Part shown: positions 10,101-25,100 of the stretch, in pieces
Position numbering within the stretch: position 1 is the first letter of the stretch
How the letters are laid out: every line of letters starts with the position of its first letter
Source of the DNA: Cenarchaeum sp.
GTDB taxonomy: Archaea > Thermoproteota > Nitrososphaeria > Nitrososphaerales > Nitrosopumilaceae
Length of the DNA stretch: 64,000 nt
Reading direction: 5' to 3'
NCBI GenBank assembly: GCA_963693095.2
Contig: OY843768.1
Coordinates: 512,001 to 576,000, forward strand
Made by a program: the position numbers and the translations under genes
The notes under the pieces: model-generated
Seen by the model: the letters and a program-made list of their open reading frames with translations, nothing else
What the model was told of the DNA's origin: nothing
Database searches by the model: none

Positions 10101-13100
10101 ACGACTCCACGGTTCCGGCGAGCGTGACGGTGACGCCTACTGGCGGCACGCCGGTCAGCGCAACGACGTCATACACGGCAGGCGAGACGTCAATGACGCT
10201 AACACTTTTGGCCAGCGCTGCAGCAGACACGCCGCACACGTTCCGCCTTCCGGCCACGCTGACTGACGCAAACGGCGTTGCGCACATGCCGTCGACGGCA
10301 TCGGCCAACCGCCAGACGGGCACGCTCTCCATAGAGGGCCACACGTACAGGATTGTTAGCACGCAGGGTGTCCAGTCTGCGGAGATCTATGTCAGGTTTA
10401 GCAGCCCGATATCGCCATACTCGCTTGACCAGCTCACGAACCCCATTCTGGTCCGTGTGGGCACCTCTGCTGGCTCTGACCGCCTCTTTTCCCAGGAGAG
10501 ATCCAACGTGCCCTACAGCGACACGATACAGTTCACGCTCTCCGGCAGCAGCACGTTCAACGCAGATGACACGCTCCACGTGACGGTTCCCGCAGGCCTG
10601 CTGGCCACCAACGGCCACTCATACCCGGCACTGGTGCCGCCGTGGTCGGCCACGCTGGGACTGGCCACGGGATCCCTTGACACGACGCCGCCGACCGTGG
10701 CGAGCTCTGCGTTTACGGGGGATCGCACGATACGCGTGACGTTCAGCGAGGCGCTGCGCGCCACGAGCCTTCCGACATCCGTCGCCGTCACGCTGCCTGA
10801 CGGCAGGGTGGTCTCGGCGGCCTTTGGGCCGGCATCAGGCAACTCGTATGACATATCGCTCTCCACGTCGCAGGCCCTCTCGGGCGTCGGGGGCGGCGGC
10901 GCGACGTACAAGTTTGTCATACCGTCGATTGTCCTCGACCTTGCGGGCAACGCGTACGTGCAGCCGACGGTGCCCCACAGCGTGCGCGCCTTTGACGTGT
11001 CGCCCCCGACATTCTCGGCGAGCCTAAAGTCCCCGACGTCACTGGAGGTAACGTTCCTCGAGGATGTCCGGCACGCCGACTTTGGCACCGGCATGGTCAT
11101 TCCGACATCACACTGGCGCATCGAGACGGGAAACACGTCGGCCCTTGACACCTCCAATGACGCCGCACTCTCGTCGATATCGCGATCGGGCCGTGTCCTC
11201 ACAATAACGCTGTCCGGTGACGGCCTGGAGGATGACGACACGCCGCACGTGACGTACACGTCTAGCGTGCCCGGCTTTTTCGACACGGCAGGCAACGCGA
11301 TCGCAGCGGGCACGTACGCCCGCGCGACTGACGGCGCGCCGCCCGGCGTAGAGTCCATAGAGTTCACGGCACGTGACGTGATCACCGTCACGTTCGGCGA
11401 GTCGCTGGCCGGCACTGACGCCGAGATCACCGGCATGACCTACGTCGTCACGGCCCCTGACGGGACTGGCCCGGCCGATGCTGACACCGATGATGACGTT
11501 ATACCGCTGGGCACTCCGATCGCCACGCACAGCAAAAATGCCGACGCGCACTCTGTCCTGGCGATAAAGCTTGGGGCCGCTGCGACGCATGGTGTCACAT
11601 ATACGGTCGGGCTGCCAGCCGGCCTGCGAGACGTGCCGGGCAACGCGCTCGTGGAGCGTGCGCCGGCAGTCGAGCATGACGCAGCCGCGCCAGTCGCGAC
11701 GGCAGTGGCATACCGTGTACTGCCCCCGACCGGTGATGCGCCAAGGCTCGCGCCATACTCGGACTATGCGCGCATTGGCGACCGCGTGGAGCTCACAGTC
11801 ACGCTTGATGAGGCGGTGAGCGCCTCGCCAACTGTCCACTTTGTCGGCAACACCGGCGCTGCTGACTCTGTGACAATGACGCGCGTTGGCATGGCCGAGT
11901 CGTGGAGGGCGACGTACACAGTCGAGACCATGGCGCAGAACGCCCGCATGATTGACGGCCCATTCTCGTTCTCGATGCGCGCACTTGACACGGCAACGCA
12001 GGGGGCAAACGTGGCGCTGATAACGGCGAGCCTGGGCCATGCGCCCTCGTACACCGCGCCGAGCCCGCCCGTGGTGGATCGCACGCCGCCTTCGGCGACG
12101 ATGGCACTCTTCCTTGGGCGCACCGTGCTGGCAGTAAAGTTTGACGATGTCCTTGTTGCGAGCACTGTTCCGTCGGCCATATCGTCATACTCGGTGAGCG
12201 TGCCTGACGGCACGGTCGGCGCCGCTGACGGCTCGCCGGACACAATCACGCCAACGCAGCCAGTGAGGCAGGTGACTGGCGCCGACGGGACGACGAGGCT
12301 GGAGATCAGCATCCCGTTCGTGGCCGGAAGGGACATGATCGCGCACACTGTCACGGTTCCGGCCGGACTCGCCGACCTTGCCGGCAACGCGCTCGCCTCG
12401 CCTGTCTCGCTCACCACCGCGCACTCCTCGAGCCTGGCATTTGGCGCGAGCACCGGCGGCCTTTCACACGAGCTCTTTGTGACCTTTGCTGGCGCCATAG
12501 CCGGAAGCACGGTCACGTCTGACTGGCACGTGACGCATGACGGCCAGCGCCTCACCGTCATCGAGCTCGAGTACATGCTACAGCCGGCATCTCCGGGCAT
12601 GCAGGGCGAGACGGGGGGCGGCTCGTCCATAAACTTTGACGGCCTGGCCCTCAATCCGGCCAACACGTTTCGCCTAGAGATGTACCCCGGTGACATGCTC
12701 CCGCCGGGCGCGACGCCGTCAGTGACGTACACGGCACCGTCTGGCATTGCCCGCCTTGGGGGCATAGTCGACCCCGCCAACGGGGGCCATGTGGTCACGC
12801 GCACGGTCACGGCATCTGATGTCATCCGTCCGGGCATCCTGGCAGCACACGTGACCTCGCCCACGCAGGTCTGGGTGGAGTTTGACGAGCCGCTATCGGC
12901 CGGAACGTTTGACGCCTCGCGCTGGGCCATGACGTTTGGCGCCAACGTGATACAGGTTGGATCCGCCTCGCGCGCAGCCGACCATGACTCCATTGAGCTC
13001 ACGCTGCCTGCCGGCGTGACGCTGCCGCAGGCAATGTACGCCTCGTCGTCATCTAATCTCCGGTCCGCCGTGATATACTCCTGGCCACACGCGTCAAACC

Positions 13101-16100
13101 CCGAGATCAGCGATCTTGCGGGCAACCATATCACCGCCCCAATCGACATCGACGGCCAGACGCGCAGGGTGAGCACGAATGTGTTCTATGACTCGTACGG
13201 GCCGCACGCCATGTCAATAGCGTATGCGGTCCTGGAGCCTGGCGCCACGCCGACTGACCCGCCGGTGCCCAGGGCCGCGCCATTTACGACACACGCGCGC
13301 GTTGGGGATACCGTGCGCGTGACCGTGGACCTTGACCAGGACGCCTCGGCTCCGCCCAGCGTGAACTTTGTGGGCAAGACCGGCTCGTCTGGCGCAGTCA
13401 CCATGTCGCGCGTCACCACCGGTGATGACACCGACTGGACGGCAGACTATGTCGTGGAGGACGCCGTCACGCTGCCCACACTTGATGCGTTCTCGTTCTC
13501 GATGAGCGCCACTGACAGGGCCGTTCGCGGAGTCCTGCCGCCCAACATGTCGACGATAACAGAGTCCTCTGGCCACACCGCCTCGCTGCCCACGCCGCCT
13601 GCCGTGCCGACCATAGACCGCATAGCGCCGGCCCTGGATCCTGCAACACCGCCGTCGATCTCGGGCAGCACGCTGACTGTGACGTTTGGCGAGGATGTGC
13701 GCGGATCCCCGACAGTCGGCCTGACCACGCCGTCTGGCGATTCACGCCAGGTCGCATCGACGACTAGCGGCAGCACGCTTGCCGTCGAGCTGGGCACAAC
13801 GCCGACGTCTGGCACGTTTACCCTGAGCATTCCGGCAACGCTGACTGACCTTGCCGGAAACGCGCGCGCGCCGGCTGCAGGCACGGTGACGGCGTCTCAC
13901 ATGGCACCATTTGAGGCAACCACTGCCAGCGCGACTACGACGCTAGTCACGTTCGGCGCGGCGTTGGGCGGCACGCTTGACGTGTCCCACTGGAGCGTGA
14001 CTGACCCTGCGGTGGCCATCACGGGAATATCGACCGTTACTGCCGATGGCATGGGCCAGGTCACCGCGACGCCGGCCGGCCAGGGCGGCACGCCGGCGGC
14101 CGTGACGCAGACGGTATCGTCGAGTCCGGAGGCGACATCGCTGCTCATAGCGCACGCGGCCGTCCCCTCGGGCTCGACGCCCAGGATAACGCACGATCCG
14201 ATGCAGGCCAGCGGCCTCAGCGCGGCGGGATCGCCGGTGGGCGGCCCGCACGCCGTCGTGGCCTCTGACGGCGTGGCGCCGTCGTTTACGGCCATGACGG
14301 CTGCGCGCACGTCGACTGTCGTGACCTTTGCCGAGCCTGTCGACGGCACGACATCGGCGGCCGAATGGACCGTGGGCGGGGCAGTGGCGATCCCCTCGCC
14401 GGCATCACCGAGTGCGGCAAGCGAGATCACGCTCACGCACGCGCCGCTTGGATTTACGGCCGGGACTCCGGCAGTCGCGTACACGGGTCCGGCGACTGGC
14501 AACGGCGATGCGCTAGCCGACGCGGCCGGAAACGAGGTTGCCCACGCGACGCCTGACGCCGCCGACGGCGCACCGCCAGTCGTGGACTCGGTGGCGTACG
14601 ACTCGGCGACGCGCACGATAACGCTGGCGTTCAGCGAGGGCCTTGCGCAGTCCACGGCCGTCGTCGCAAACTTTGGCGTGTACGGTGTCTCCTCCTCTGG
14701 CGTGCGCACGGGCAGCGCGCTGGCACTTGCCGCCACCGGCGGCTTTGCGTACACGGCCGGCGCCACGGCAGACGCAGGCTCGACAGTCGCACTGACGCTT
14801 TTGGCCGATGACACGCACGCGTCATACAAGGTGACAGTGTCGTCCTTGGTGACTGACACGGCGACAACTCCCAACGCGTATGTCCCCATCGTCAACCCCG
14901 ACGACGACGCACTCACCGATGACAGTGACATTGCGGTTCCAAAGTCTGACACGGCCGGGCCGCTGGCAATGGCCGTCTCCTTTGTCGTCTATGATGACAA
15001 GCTCGATCCGAACATCGTGTCTGACACGCTGGACCTGACAACTGCGCGCGCCGGCCCATATGCGCTCTATGCCAACGCCGATGACACGATCCGCCTGAGT
15101 CTGACGCTCAACGAGGATGCGTCCACACCCCCGATGATAACCGTGCCCGGCACGGGCCGCACGCCAACTGCAACTGCCATGAACAACGCCGGCGACACGA
15201 GCGCAAGGACATGGCAGCATGACGTTATAGTGGGCGCGACTACGGCCGAGACGTCTGTGACACCGTTTTCATTCTCGATATTGGCAAGCGACGGGGCAAC
15301 GCCGGCGAACCAGCAGACGATAACGGTGACTGCGGGCCACATGGGGGCGCCCATGGTGGCACTGCCGACAATAGACCTGACGTCCCCGACGTCGAGCTCG
15401 CTGACAACTGCAGTCAGGCTCGCGGGAGCCGGCTCGGACTCGGCAACGGTCACCACGGCCGGCATCGGCGAGGAGGTTCGCGTGAACGTCACGGCAAGCG
15501 AGCCCCTCGATGCCCTCGCAGGCGACATTGCGCTCTTTGGGCGCACGGGTTTGGCGACCCTTGGCGCAGACACAGTCGAGACGGGTTCTGGCAACGCGTA
15601 CGCGTACGTGCGCACGATCGCCGGGACGGACAAGAGCGGCCTCTTGGAGTTCAGCCTGATGATCCGCGACAGGGCCGGCAACGCGGCGGCGTCTGCGCTC
15701 ACGCACTCGACGGTGACGAGCCGCGTGGGGGTCGACGCCGTTGCCCCCACGTTCACGGCGCGCACGGTCTCGGCGTCCTCGCTCACAGTCACGGCCAGCG
15801 AGCCGCTCACGGGCACGACTGCAGCAGGTGACTGGACAGCCGTCCACTCCGAGCCGGGGCGCTACATAGCCGCCTCGATCACCGGCGCGGTGGTCTCGGG
15901 GAGCACGGTCACGATAACGTATGGCGCGATCGCCGACACGTCATTTGCGCCATCCGTGCGATACTCGGGAACTGGCCTGGCCGACTCGGCGCGAAACGCG
16001 CTGCAGGGCGACGCCAGCGCCGCAGACGGGAGGGCACCAGAGTTCACCGCAAGAACGTCAGGCACGACGACTACGACAGTCATGTTCGGGGAGCCTGTCA

Positions 16101-19100
16101 GCGGCACGACGGCCGCATCCGAGTGGACAGTCGGCGGAATGCAGGCCACGCCATCGCCGTTGAGCCCCACGACGGTGCGCGAGATCACGCTGACGCACGG
16201 CGAGCAGTCGACGGGCGCAAAGCCGTCGGTGTCATACACGGCGCCCACGGGTGATGGCGCCAACAGCCTCACTGACGCCTCCTCCAACGCGGCCGCCTCG
16301 GACTCGGTGACGGCCGCAGATGCCATAGCGCCCACAGTGATGACGGCCACATACGACTCCACCTCGCGGACCATATCGCTTACCTTCAGCGAGGGACTCT
16401 CGTCGACAACGGTTGTGGCGGGCAACTTTGTCCTGTACCAGACGACTGCATTTGGGGCGCGCAGCGGCCTCTACCCGTTTGCGCTAGGCGGCATCAACTA
16501 TGCGCCGGGAGCCGACTCGTCGCAGCCCTCCACGGTGAGCCTGACTGGCATCAGCTCATCCTCGGACATGTTCAGGGTCGACATATCCTCAAACGTCGAG
16601 GACACGGCGGGCAACTCGTACACCTCGGCTGACGGTCCGGACGGCGACGTCCTCATCTCGCCGGCGGACAGGCGCCCCCCGAGAGTCCTGTCGGGCATGT
16701 TTGTGAGCGCGAGGGATATCGAGGTGAGGTTCACCGAGCCACTGCTCCAGTCGTCTGTTCCGGCAACGGTAAAGGTGACGCCCCCGTCGGCCTCTGAGAT
16801 CGACGTCGCATTCTCGTATGGCGGCTCGCTGACGGCGACCATATCGTTCACATCGGCACGCACGCTCTCGGCTGATGCGGCGACTGCGCCAGTCTACACG
16901 TACGTCATACCCTCAACGGTCACTGACGTGAGCGGCACGGCGTACGTGCAGCCGGACACCCCGCTGAGCGTGCGCGCGCATGATGCGACTGCGCCGTCGT
17001 TTACGGCCCAGACATCCTCGACGTCCAGCGTGACTGTGACGTTCAGCGAGGACGTGCGCGCCTCGACGTCGCAGGCCCCCGCCGGCTCGGACTGGCGAGT
17101 CGAGCGTTCAGTCGCCTCGCCCTTTGACATGAGCAACGACATCTCCGTCTCGGCAGTCTCGCTTGTGGGCAGGGCACTGACGCTCACGCTGCCTGACGGT
17201 GCGATCGACACGGGCGATCGCCTGCACGTCACGTACGTCTCGGCCTCGCCTTCGATCCTCGACACGGCGGGCAACGGCCTGTCCGAGGGGACAAACGTGC
17301 GCGCCGGAGACGGCGTGCCGCCGGCTGTGCGCACGGCCGACTTTACGGAGGACGACAAGATTGTCGTGACGTTTACCGAGGCCCTGTCCAACACGGCAAC
17401 AGAGATCCCGACACTCACGTACGCGCTCACCGGGCCGGACGGCACGGGCGCGCCAGATGATGACACCGCAGATGACGCGATCCCGCTGTCTGCCACGCTG
17501 CCGTCGCTGGGGGCCGGCGCGATGACCATAGCGATAACCCTCGCCGGCGATGCCGTGGCCGACACGACATACACGCTCACGCTTCCGGCAGGGCTGGCCG
17601 ACGCGCACGGCAACGCGATCGCAGTGAGGTCTGTAATGGCGACATATGACGCCTCGGCGCCGGTGGCCACGTCCATATCGTACAGGGTCCTGCCCCCGAC
17701 TGGCGCGGACACGCGGCCCGCGCCATACGCCAACCATGCCAGGGCCGGCGACAGGATCGAGATGACAGTCACGCTCAACGAGGCCACAAGCTCGTCACCG
17801 ACGGTCCTCTTTGTCGGCAAGGTGGGCAGCTCCGAGATGGTGACGATGACGCGCGTTGGCGAGACGAACGCATGGACGGCCGTGTACACCGTCGAGACTG
17901 CGGTGCAGAACTCTGGACTCGCCGACGGCAGGTTCTCCTTTGAGATGGCCGTCTCGGACACGGCGACCCAAGGATCCAACACGGGAACAGTCAGCGCCAC
18001 GACAGGCCACGCGCCGGCATATGTGGCCCCGCAACCGCCACTGATAGACCGCAACGCGCCGGTGCCCTCTGCGGCGTTTGGCGACACGCGCTCGATATAT
18101 GTCAACTTTGGCGAGGCCCTCACCGGCACGCCCACAGTCATTGCGGGATATCCGTACACGGTCACCGTTCCTGACGGGGCCACGGGAATATCTGACAGTG
18201 ACAATGATGCCGACTCTTTGGCGCTCACCTCGGCCATGACCTCGTACGACCCGTCGACGTTCACGCTGCGCCTCGTTCTGGCTGATCCTGCGATCGAGGA
18301 CGTGCTCTACACGGTTGTGCTGCCGGCAAGGGACGGGCTCGCCGACGCTGCCGGCAACGCGCTCTCTGCGCTGCGGCCTGCCACCGAGTACGAGCTGGTG
18401 CGCAAAATAACGTCTGGCAGCATAGACAACGTCACGTACGACGGCACCGCCGCCTCGTCGCTGACGGTCCAGAGCCTCTCGGGCTCGGGCCTCACGCCCG
18501 CCGAGTTCGCCGCGCTCACCACCGCCGCGCGCGAGCGCCTCGCCTCAGGCGAGTCGCAGATATCTCGGGCCACGTTCGGCCTGCCCTTTGGCCTCGAGCG
18601 GCCGGCGGCCTCGTCAGTCGACGTCACCGAGTGGACGGTAATCGAGGGCGCCGAGGGAGACGTGGACTCGTCGTGCGCCAGGGTCGCCGGCGCCGGCACC
18701 GAGCGCGACGTCCTCTCCGTCGTCGCCGTGCGCGACAACGCCATAGTGTTTGAGCACGATGCCCTCTCGCAGACCTCCTCGCGCGCGCACGCCATCTACT
18801 CCCCCGACGCGGCCCCGTCGGTCCGCGCGCTGGCCAGCTGCGCGTACATGGCCGACGCCAACGCGCTCGTGCGCCTTGAGGTCAGGACAGCCTCGGCGAC
18901 GCCGCTGGGCTACCCCGTCGACCGCCTCGTCGCCGAGTTCAGCGAGCCCGTGCTGGCGCCCGACGGGTTCAACCTGGGGCTGGGGATCAGGCACGCGCCG
19001 ATCGCCGGGGTGCTTGGCGTTCTCGACGTCGACAGGATGACGAATCTGTCGACGACCGTGCCGGTGGCCACCGTGCTCATCACGCCGGCCGAGTACGCGT

Positions 19101-22100
19101 TCAGGCTGGCGCCGCACCCGCCGACGGGGACTGCGGCCACGTGGGAGACGTACCAGTACGAGCTGTTCTCCCAGACGTCGTTCCGCGCCCCCACCAGGGC
19201 CGACGGGACGTCGGTGCTGGCCGGCCCGACCGCCCCCCAAGGCGGCGTGCTCGACGGCCTGCCGCCGGCCCCCGTCGGGGCGCACTCGGTGTCGGGCAGC
19301 ACGGCGGCAGTCACGTTCAGCGAGGCGCCCGCCGCGTCGTCCTTTGACGGCGCCGGCGATGACGACGCAACCGTCACCGTGCTCGACTCGGCGAGGAACG
19401 CGCGCGAGGTCACCGGCGCGGTCCTCGCCGGCAGCGTGCTGACGATAACGACGTCGACGCCGCCGCAGGCGACTGACACCATAGAGGTCGTCGGCGTGGC
19501 CGACGCCGTCGGCAACGTGGCCTCCAGGCCGGAGGTGGTGGCGACCACAAGGGCAAGCGCGACTACGACGGTAGTCACGCTCAGCGAGCGCGTCTCGGGC
19601 AGCACGGCGGCGCTCCAGTGGCTGGTGGGCACCGGCGCCGACCGCGCCCGCGCGACGGGAGTGGCCGCCGGCGAGGCCTCGTCAGTCACGGCCGACGCGG
19701 CGCAGGACGGCGGCACGGCAGTGCCGGTGACGTTTGAGGACACGCTGACCCTGCTCCACGCCGCGCACGCCGGCCCCGGCGCGCCAGAGGTCGAGTACGT
19801 CAGGTTCGACGACGAGCGCCTGCGCTCCAGCGGCGTGGCCCTCGGCGAGCCGCTCCCGCCCCTGCCTGCGCCGACTGGCGCGCGGACCGCGAGCCTGGAG
19901 ACGACAGTCGTCACGCTCAACTCCGAGGTCACCGGCTCGACGTCTGCGCGCCAGTGGACAGTCACGGACAGCGCATCTGGCGCGACGTCCGCGCGCGCGC
20001 TGGGGGTGGCCCCCGGCGACATCACCGACGGCGCGACTGCGCCCACTGCTGACACCGCACTGGACGGCTCGACGCCGGTGGCCATATCGTCATCTGCCAT
20101 CACGCTCCTCCACGCGCCGCTCTCCTCGACGGCCTCGACTCCGGTCGTGTCGTATGCGCACACCGGCACCGAGCGCCTCTCGACCTTTGTCGGGACGATG
20201 GCCGCCACGGCATCCCCGCACGTGACGGCAACAGACGGGATCGCGCCGGGTCTTGCGGCCACGGGAGATGCGCTCTACACGCGAGCTGGCGCGCCTAAAG
20301 AAATGCCTGAACTCCGGTTCGTAACGTCACGCGTGTCCGCGAAGGGATTCTTTGACAATGTTCAGGTGCTGGTCACACCGACTGAGAATCTTGCGAATTA
20401 CGTGGCCGCCGACACGACGTTCTTTGCCGGAGAGGTGGACGGTAATGGCGTGTCACTCGCAAAGTCTGCGATGTCTGCTTCGTTAATGTCCACTTCGCCG
20501 CTACTGTACAACTTTACCTCGATGTCCATTGTGGCGTCTGACCCCAATGGCCCAATAAAGTTCAGCGTCGTGATGCGCGATGCGGCAGGCAACACGGCAA
20601 CCGTGACGCATGACGACCTTGCCACGATGGCCGCGCGCAACGCCGCCTATGGCTACCATACAGAGGTCATCACAATGGGCGCCACGGCGACGGCCGTGTT
20701 TGCCGGCCCCTCGATCGTAGTCACGTTTGGGGCGCACATGGGAGGCACAGCCGAGACGATCCAGGGGTACACGTACGCGGTGACTGTTCCGGACAACACG
20801 CTGGGAGACTCGCCTGATGACGACAGTGCTGCTGACGTGATCACGCCGTCATCAATAGTGTACGCCGAGCAGGCCGAGACCTCGACGCTGACGATCATGC
20901 TCCCCGAGGACACTGACACGGCCGGCATCGTGCACACGCTTGCGCTTCCGGCAGCGCTAGTCGACGTGGCCGGCTATGCGCCGGCCACGACGTCATTCAC
21001 GCTCACCGCGCCACCGACGTTTGAGGCAGAGTCGTTTCAGGGAAGGGACGCAGTGGTGACCCTGACGGGCACCGTCACGGGCCGTCTCAACGACGATGAC
21101 TGGTCGTTCTCGCGCGGTGAGAGCACGTATGACGCGTCAGTCACGTACATGCTCTCAGATGGCCGCCGCGGGTCATCCTCGATTGTCCTGGACACCGTCC
21201 CCCTGGATCCCGCAAACACGTTCACGGTGGTGCCCAGCCTCCCGGCAGGCGTGAGTGTCGATGGCCTGACGCTCACGTACACGCCGCCGTCAGGAAGCGG
21301 CTCCTCGCCGCTCGTTGATCCCTCCACGCAGTTTTCCATAGGGCCACGGTCCATAGTCGTCTCAGACGGCACGGCGCCAGATATCAGCGCAGTGTCCGGG
21401 GTGTCCTCCACGCAGGTCAGGGTGACCCTCACGGAGCGTGTCATGCTAGCCGATGGTGCCACGTCACTGGACGTCTCGCGCTGGTCGTCACAAACGCGTA
21501 ACCTCGATGGCACGATTGTGGGCACCAGGACGTTTGCGCTCGCCGAGCTTGGCGAGGACGGCATGTCGATCACGCTGACTGCGGCAAGCGGCCAGACAAT
21601 AGACCCAAAGTTCTACGTGGCCCCAACTACGAGATTTTTCCTAGAATACGTGCGCGCGGCTGGTGCCTCAGCTGACCTCGTGGACATTGCGGGAAATGCG
21701 CCGCTTCGCATGGCCAGCCTCAGTGTGGTTGACATTGCGCCTCCGCGTGCCACGGCAATCTCGTATGCCGTAACGGAGCCTGCGCCAGGCGGGGGCACGC
21801 CTACTGCAAGGGCCGGAAACTTTGCAAACTATGCGCGCGAAGGTGACATGATCACAGTTGACGTGACGCTCGACCAGCCTGCTGCGGCATCGCCAAAGGT
21901 GCTCTTTGTCGGCAAGGCGGGCACCTCCAACGAGGTCACCATGACGCAAGGCGCCAACGCGATGTCGTGGAGCGCCACATACACAGTAGAGGGCGCGACT
22001 GCCGCACAGGGCATAGACGGCGCGTTCTCCTTTGAGATTGCAGTAAAGGACACGATAGCGGTTCCCAACGAGGCCACGATCACGCCAAGCGACGGGCACG

Positions 22101-25100
22101 TCTCCTCGTACACGGCTCCGGCGCCACCGGTGATAGACCGCGTGGATCCGGTGCCCGCACTCGAGTTTGTCGTGCCCACGACCATACGCGTGGACTTTGG
22201 CGAGACGGTGCTCGTGCCAACGACGACACTCGTGATCACCAACCCCGCCGGCTCGACTGTGGCCAGCTCCGACTATACGGTCTCCCATGACGCCTCGCGC
22301 CTGGACGCCGCCTTTAGGGCCAACCTGGCCGACGGGACATGGGCCGTGGCCATTCCCTCCGGCGTGACTGACCTTGCGGGCAACACGCCCACTGCGACTA
22401 GCGTGTCTGGCGCGTATGTCGGCCAGCCGAGCATAGCTGGCGCAATGACGGCAAGCCGAACCCTCACGGTAGTCGCGCTCAACGGTGCGGTCAGCGGCAC
22501 GACTGCTGCGCTCCAGTGGTCACTGACTGACGGCGCGACTGCTGTCATCGTGCGCGGTGTCGCAGACGGCGACACGACTGGCAACACGACGCCAGTCACA
22601 GCAGACACGGCAGCGGGCCGGGACACCTCGGTGGCAGTCACCTTGCCACAGGTCACGCTGCTCCATGACACGCTCAGCTCGACTGCGAGCACGCCCACTG
22701 TCTCCTATGCGCACTCTACGTTTAGCGGCAGGCTCGCGCGCGGCCCACTCGAGCTGGCATCGACGCCCTCAACGGTCGCAACTGACGCCGCTCCGCCCGT
22801 TGTGGGGCCGACGCCGACGTTCAACGACAGGACGCTCACGATAACGCTCTCCTTCAGCGAGGGCCTGGCGCCGCTGACTGCAGTGGCGGCAAACTTTGAC
22901 GTGTATGGCGTGATGGCCTCCGGGGCGCGCACTGCCAGCGCGCTCGCGCTGGCCGCCACGGACGGCTTTGCCTACACGGCCGGCGCGGCGGCCACGGACG
23001 CCTCGACAGTCACGCTAAAGCTGGCCGGCACTGACACGCACGCCTCGTACAGGGTCGTCATATCGCCGCTAGTCACTGACACGGCCACGCCGGCCAACGC
23101 GTACGTGCCGATACCGGACTCAAACCCCACTGACACAGTCGATGACGCCGACATCGCAGTCGCCAAGGTCGACACGATCGCCCCGTCGGCAAGCTCGCTA
23201 CGGTTTGCCGTGTACGACGACCAGCTGGACGAGTCCACGCAGGGTGACACGCTGGACCTCGGCACGCTGCGGGCGGGGGACAATGCGCTCTTTGCCAACG
23301 AGGGCGACACGATCCGCCTGACCCTCGAGCTCGACGAGGACGCCGCAGGGACGCCGATGGTGACAATACCTGGCACGGGCAGGACGCCAACGACTCCGAT
23401 GGGCAACGCCGGAGACACTGACGCAAAGACGTGGATACACGACCTCGAGGTCACGTCCACGACAGTCGAGACGGCGACTGCGGCGTTCACGTTCACCATC
23501 GCCGTGGCCGATGACACGACGCCGACGGCCAACACGCGCGACATCACGGAGTCATCTGGCCTCGGCACCGGCGTGACTGTCACGGTGCCGACCATTGACA
23601 GGACTGCGCCGGGCCTGCTCACCACGACGACAGTCGATGCGCTCCACACGCGCGTGAGGATAGCGGGCCAGGGCGCCGATGCGGCAGCGTCCACAGTCGC
23701 CGGCATTGGTGATGAGGTCAGGGTCGCAGTCTCGGCCACCGAAGAGCTGGTCACGGCAACATCTGACATTACGTTCCACGGCATGGCCGGCGCAGTCGCC
23801 ACGGCAGTCGATGATGGCGTGGGCAACGCGCACACGTACCGCCGCACGGTGGCCGACTCGGATGCCACCGGCCCTGTCTCGTTCAGCCTGGTCCTCGCCG
23901 ACAGGGCAGGCAACACGACGACACTCACCGAGGCAAACCTGACTGCGGATCGCGGGACAGGCTCGGGCAGGCGCGTCAGCGTGGACGCCGACGCGCCGAG
24001 CATCGAGTCGGCAAGAACGGTGTCGACGACGTCGCTGGAAGTCACGCTCTCTGAGAACGTCACGGGGACGTCGGCCAACGGCGACTGGGCCGTCGCCGGC
24101 GCCACCAACGTCGTAGTTAGCCCATTCTCGGGCAGCACGACGACGATCACGCTCACGTACACGGATACCGCGGACACGTCATTCGCGCCGATGGTAACGT
24201 ACACGGAGCCGGCGACCGGCGGGCCTGTCGACGCGGGCCGCAACGCGCTAGGGGGCGGGCTGGTGAGTGCAGTCGACGGCGTCAGTCCGACGTACACTGC
24301 GCGCACGGATACCGCGACGTCGACGGTCGTGACGTTTGGCGAGCAGGTCAGCGGCACGACGTCAGTCGGCGAGTGGAGCGTCGGGGGCAACGCCGCGACG
24401 CCCACACCTGCGATGCCCAACAGGGCCGGCACGATCACGCTGTCCCATGCGAGCACGGGCACGACTGGCGCGACGCCGGCGGTCCAGTACACAAAGCCCG
24501 CAGCGGGCATGGACGGCAACGCGATTGCTGACATCTCGTCCAACAAGGTGGCGACTGCCGCGCCGGTTGCGACTGACGGTGCGCCTCCGGTCGTCTCGAC
24601 TGCGGGATATGACGACACCAACTTTACGATCACGCTGGTCTTTAGCGAGCGCATCGTCGACTCGACAGTCACTGCGTCAAACATTGCGGTCTACGGCGTC
24701 ACGACGGCCGGCGCGCGCACGGCCAATGCGCTTGCGCTTGACACGGCGGTGGACACTGACGGCATCGAGCACGACATGACGAGCCTGACGGCGTCAACTG
24801 TGACGCTCCACCTGGGCGCAGAGGACACGCACGCGTCATACAAGGTGACAGTGTCGTCCTCGATAACTGACACGGCCTCGCCGGCCAACGCGTACGTCCC
24901 CGTGGTCAACCCTGACGGCGATGCGGCGACTGATGACAGCGACATTGGAGTCGTCAAGGTCGACACGATCGCCCCGACGTTTACCATGAGCACAGTCCAG
25001 CCCGACATCACGCTAGTCACGTTTGATGATGACATCAACGGCCTAGTTGCCGCGAGTCACTGGACTATGATGGGCGCTCCGCTGGGTGATCCCACCAGGG

